A stretch of 64,000 bases of DNA. Origin: Felis catus. Its lineage: Eukaryota. A program made the position numbers and the translations under genes. Below, piece by piece: positions 62,901-64,000 of the stretch. Each line of letters opens with the position of its first letter. Positions within the stretch are counted from its first letter, which is position 1. The DNA lies in the NCBI RefSeq assembly GCF_018350175.1, contig NC_058368.1:173230001-173294000 (forward strand). Reading direction: 5' to 3'. Under the pieces are notes generated by a model. That model had not been told where the DNA came from, did no database searches, and saw only the letters and a program-made list of their open reading frames with translations.

Positions 62901-63096
62901 AGAAAGTTGCATTCTTAAGGCACTTCCTTCTTCTATTTCTTTAGTTACTCCTGCATGTCTCCCTCCCTTCAACATGGCCACTGCAATCAGGCACACAGAG
63001 TTGATTGCAGGGCTGAACTCAACGTAGAGGTTATTCTGCAACATAGTCCATAAGCCTCAGGTTAGCTCAGACTGAGTTTCTCTTTTCTGTCATCTG

Positions 63097-63286
63097 TTTT
63101 TTTTTAAGTTTATTTATTTTGAGAGAGACAGAGACAGAGAGAGCAAGTGGGGGAGGGGCAGCGAGAGGGGTATAGAGAGAATTGCAAGCAGAGCTGGACT
63201 CAGAGCTCAAACTCACAAACCATAGATCATTACCCAAGCTGAAACCAAGAGTCAGACACTTAACTAACCAAGCCACTCAGGCACCC
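63097..63286 (-). mobile_element. CAN-SINE
   Basis: Antisense SINE; TSD tcttttctgtcatct. Confidence 0.9.
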
Positions 63287-64000
63287 TTCTTTTCTGTCAT
63301 CTTGACCAAGATTTAGAAACCCTTGCATATCACACCATCAAGCAGGAAACACTTGTGTAAGTCATTTCATATCTGTTAGTCTGTTTCCTCATCAGTAAAA
63401 TGAAGGAAAATAAAGTCTAATCCTCCCACCCCCTTGGAGGATTAAGTGAACTAATGGAGATAAAGGACCTGCACAGAGGAGGCCTCCGTGAAAGGGTTCT
63501 TGAGTTGTTCCCTGCAGTTTCTTTAGTTTTCTAGCTTATTCTGACATCTGCTGGACTTGGCTTGTTGCCTAAACTGTGAGGGCACCACCCCTCACTGTAT
63601 TTCATGCTCCCACTTCACCTTTGTCCAGTCTCTGCTCCAGACCATGCTATCAACGTTTCCCTAGTACACAACTCATGGCTGGGCCACAGAAGTGAGCAAT
63701 GACATGGCCCCTGGCATGGGGGACTCAGGCCTTCTGAGTATTATTATTCTCTTGGCCATATTCCAGGGCCACACAGCCAGGAAGTGGCAGAACAAGGACT
63801 CAGATGTAAGTTTTCTCGTCCTTTGGAGTTTCTTCGCTGCAACCTTCATCAGCTTTGAGTTCTTTTGAGGTGAAATTGCTAGTTTTTATAAGGTTTCACA
63901 TTCATATGGAAACCCCTCTTCGGTCAGTTCTGGGCTCAAATCCCACTCTGTCCCTTAATAGCTGCTTGGGTTATGCAGATGACTATCCCTCTCTGACCTT

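Noticed and set aside
5599..63276. Recurrent MAQSV..TSAQVMIS..-like ORFs that look like a repeated gene family
   Set aside because: All are translations of CAN-SINE copies, not genes.
1..64000. CRISPR arrays, operons, rRNA, numt or non-retroviral endogenous viral genes
   Set aside because: None recognised; the window reads as ordinary felid nuclear DNA. A translated database search would be needed to exclude very degenerate inserts.

Overview
Mammalian genomic DNA from a felid (cat family), judged from about 45 carnivore tRNA-derived CAN-SINEs (including young cat-type SINEC_Fc copies) and carnivore-type L1. The + strand carries the last eight coding exons of UIMC1 (RAP80, BRCA1-A complex subunit). 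All have GT-AG boundaries and consistent phases, giving about 301 codons that include both C-terminal CCHC zinc fingers, and one intron is about 35 kb (11236-46348). About 6 kb downstream on the same strand are the promoter, first exon and first coding exon of HK3 (hexokinase 3). The rest is intronic or intergenic repeat: SINEs, an internally deleted antisense L1, old L1M/L2/CR1/MIR, hAT MITEs, LTRs and microsatellites. I see no convincing wholly new biological system. The best leads are: a frame-preserving candidate cassette exon between the two RAP80 zinc fingers; an upstream in-frame ATG that could extend HK3 by 29 aa; a weak UIMC1 polyA signal with phase-compatible UIMC1-HK3 read-through splicing; a clustered CCAAT (NF-Y) element inside UIMC1; inverted SINE arrays; and two unusual retrotransposition footprints. 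Gene and repeat-family names come from recall, not database searches, and repeat boundaries are approximate.
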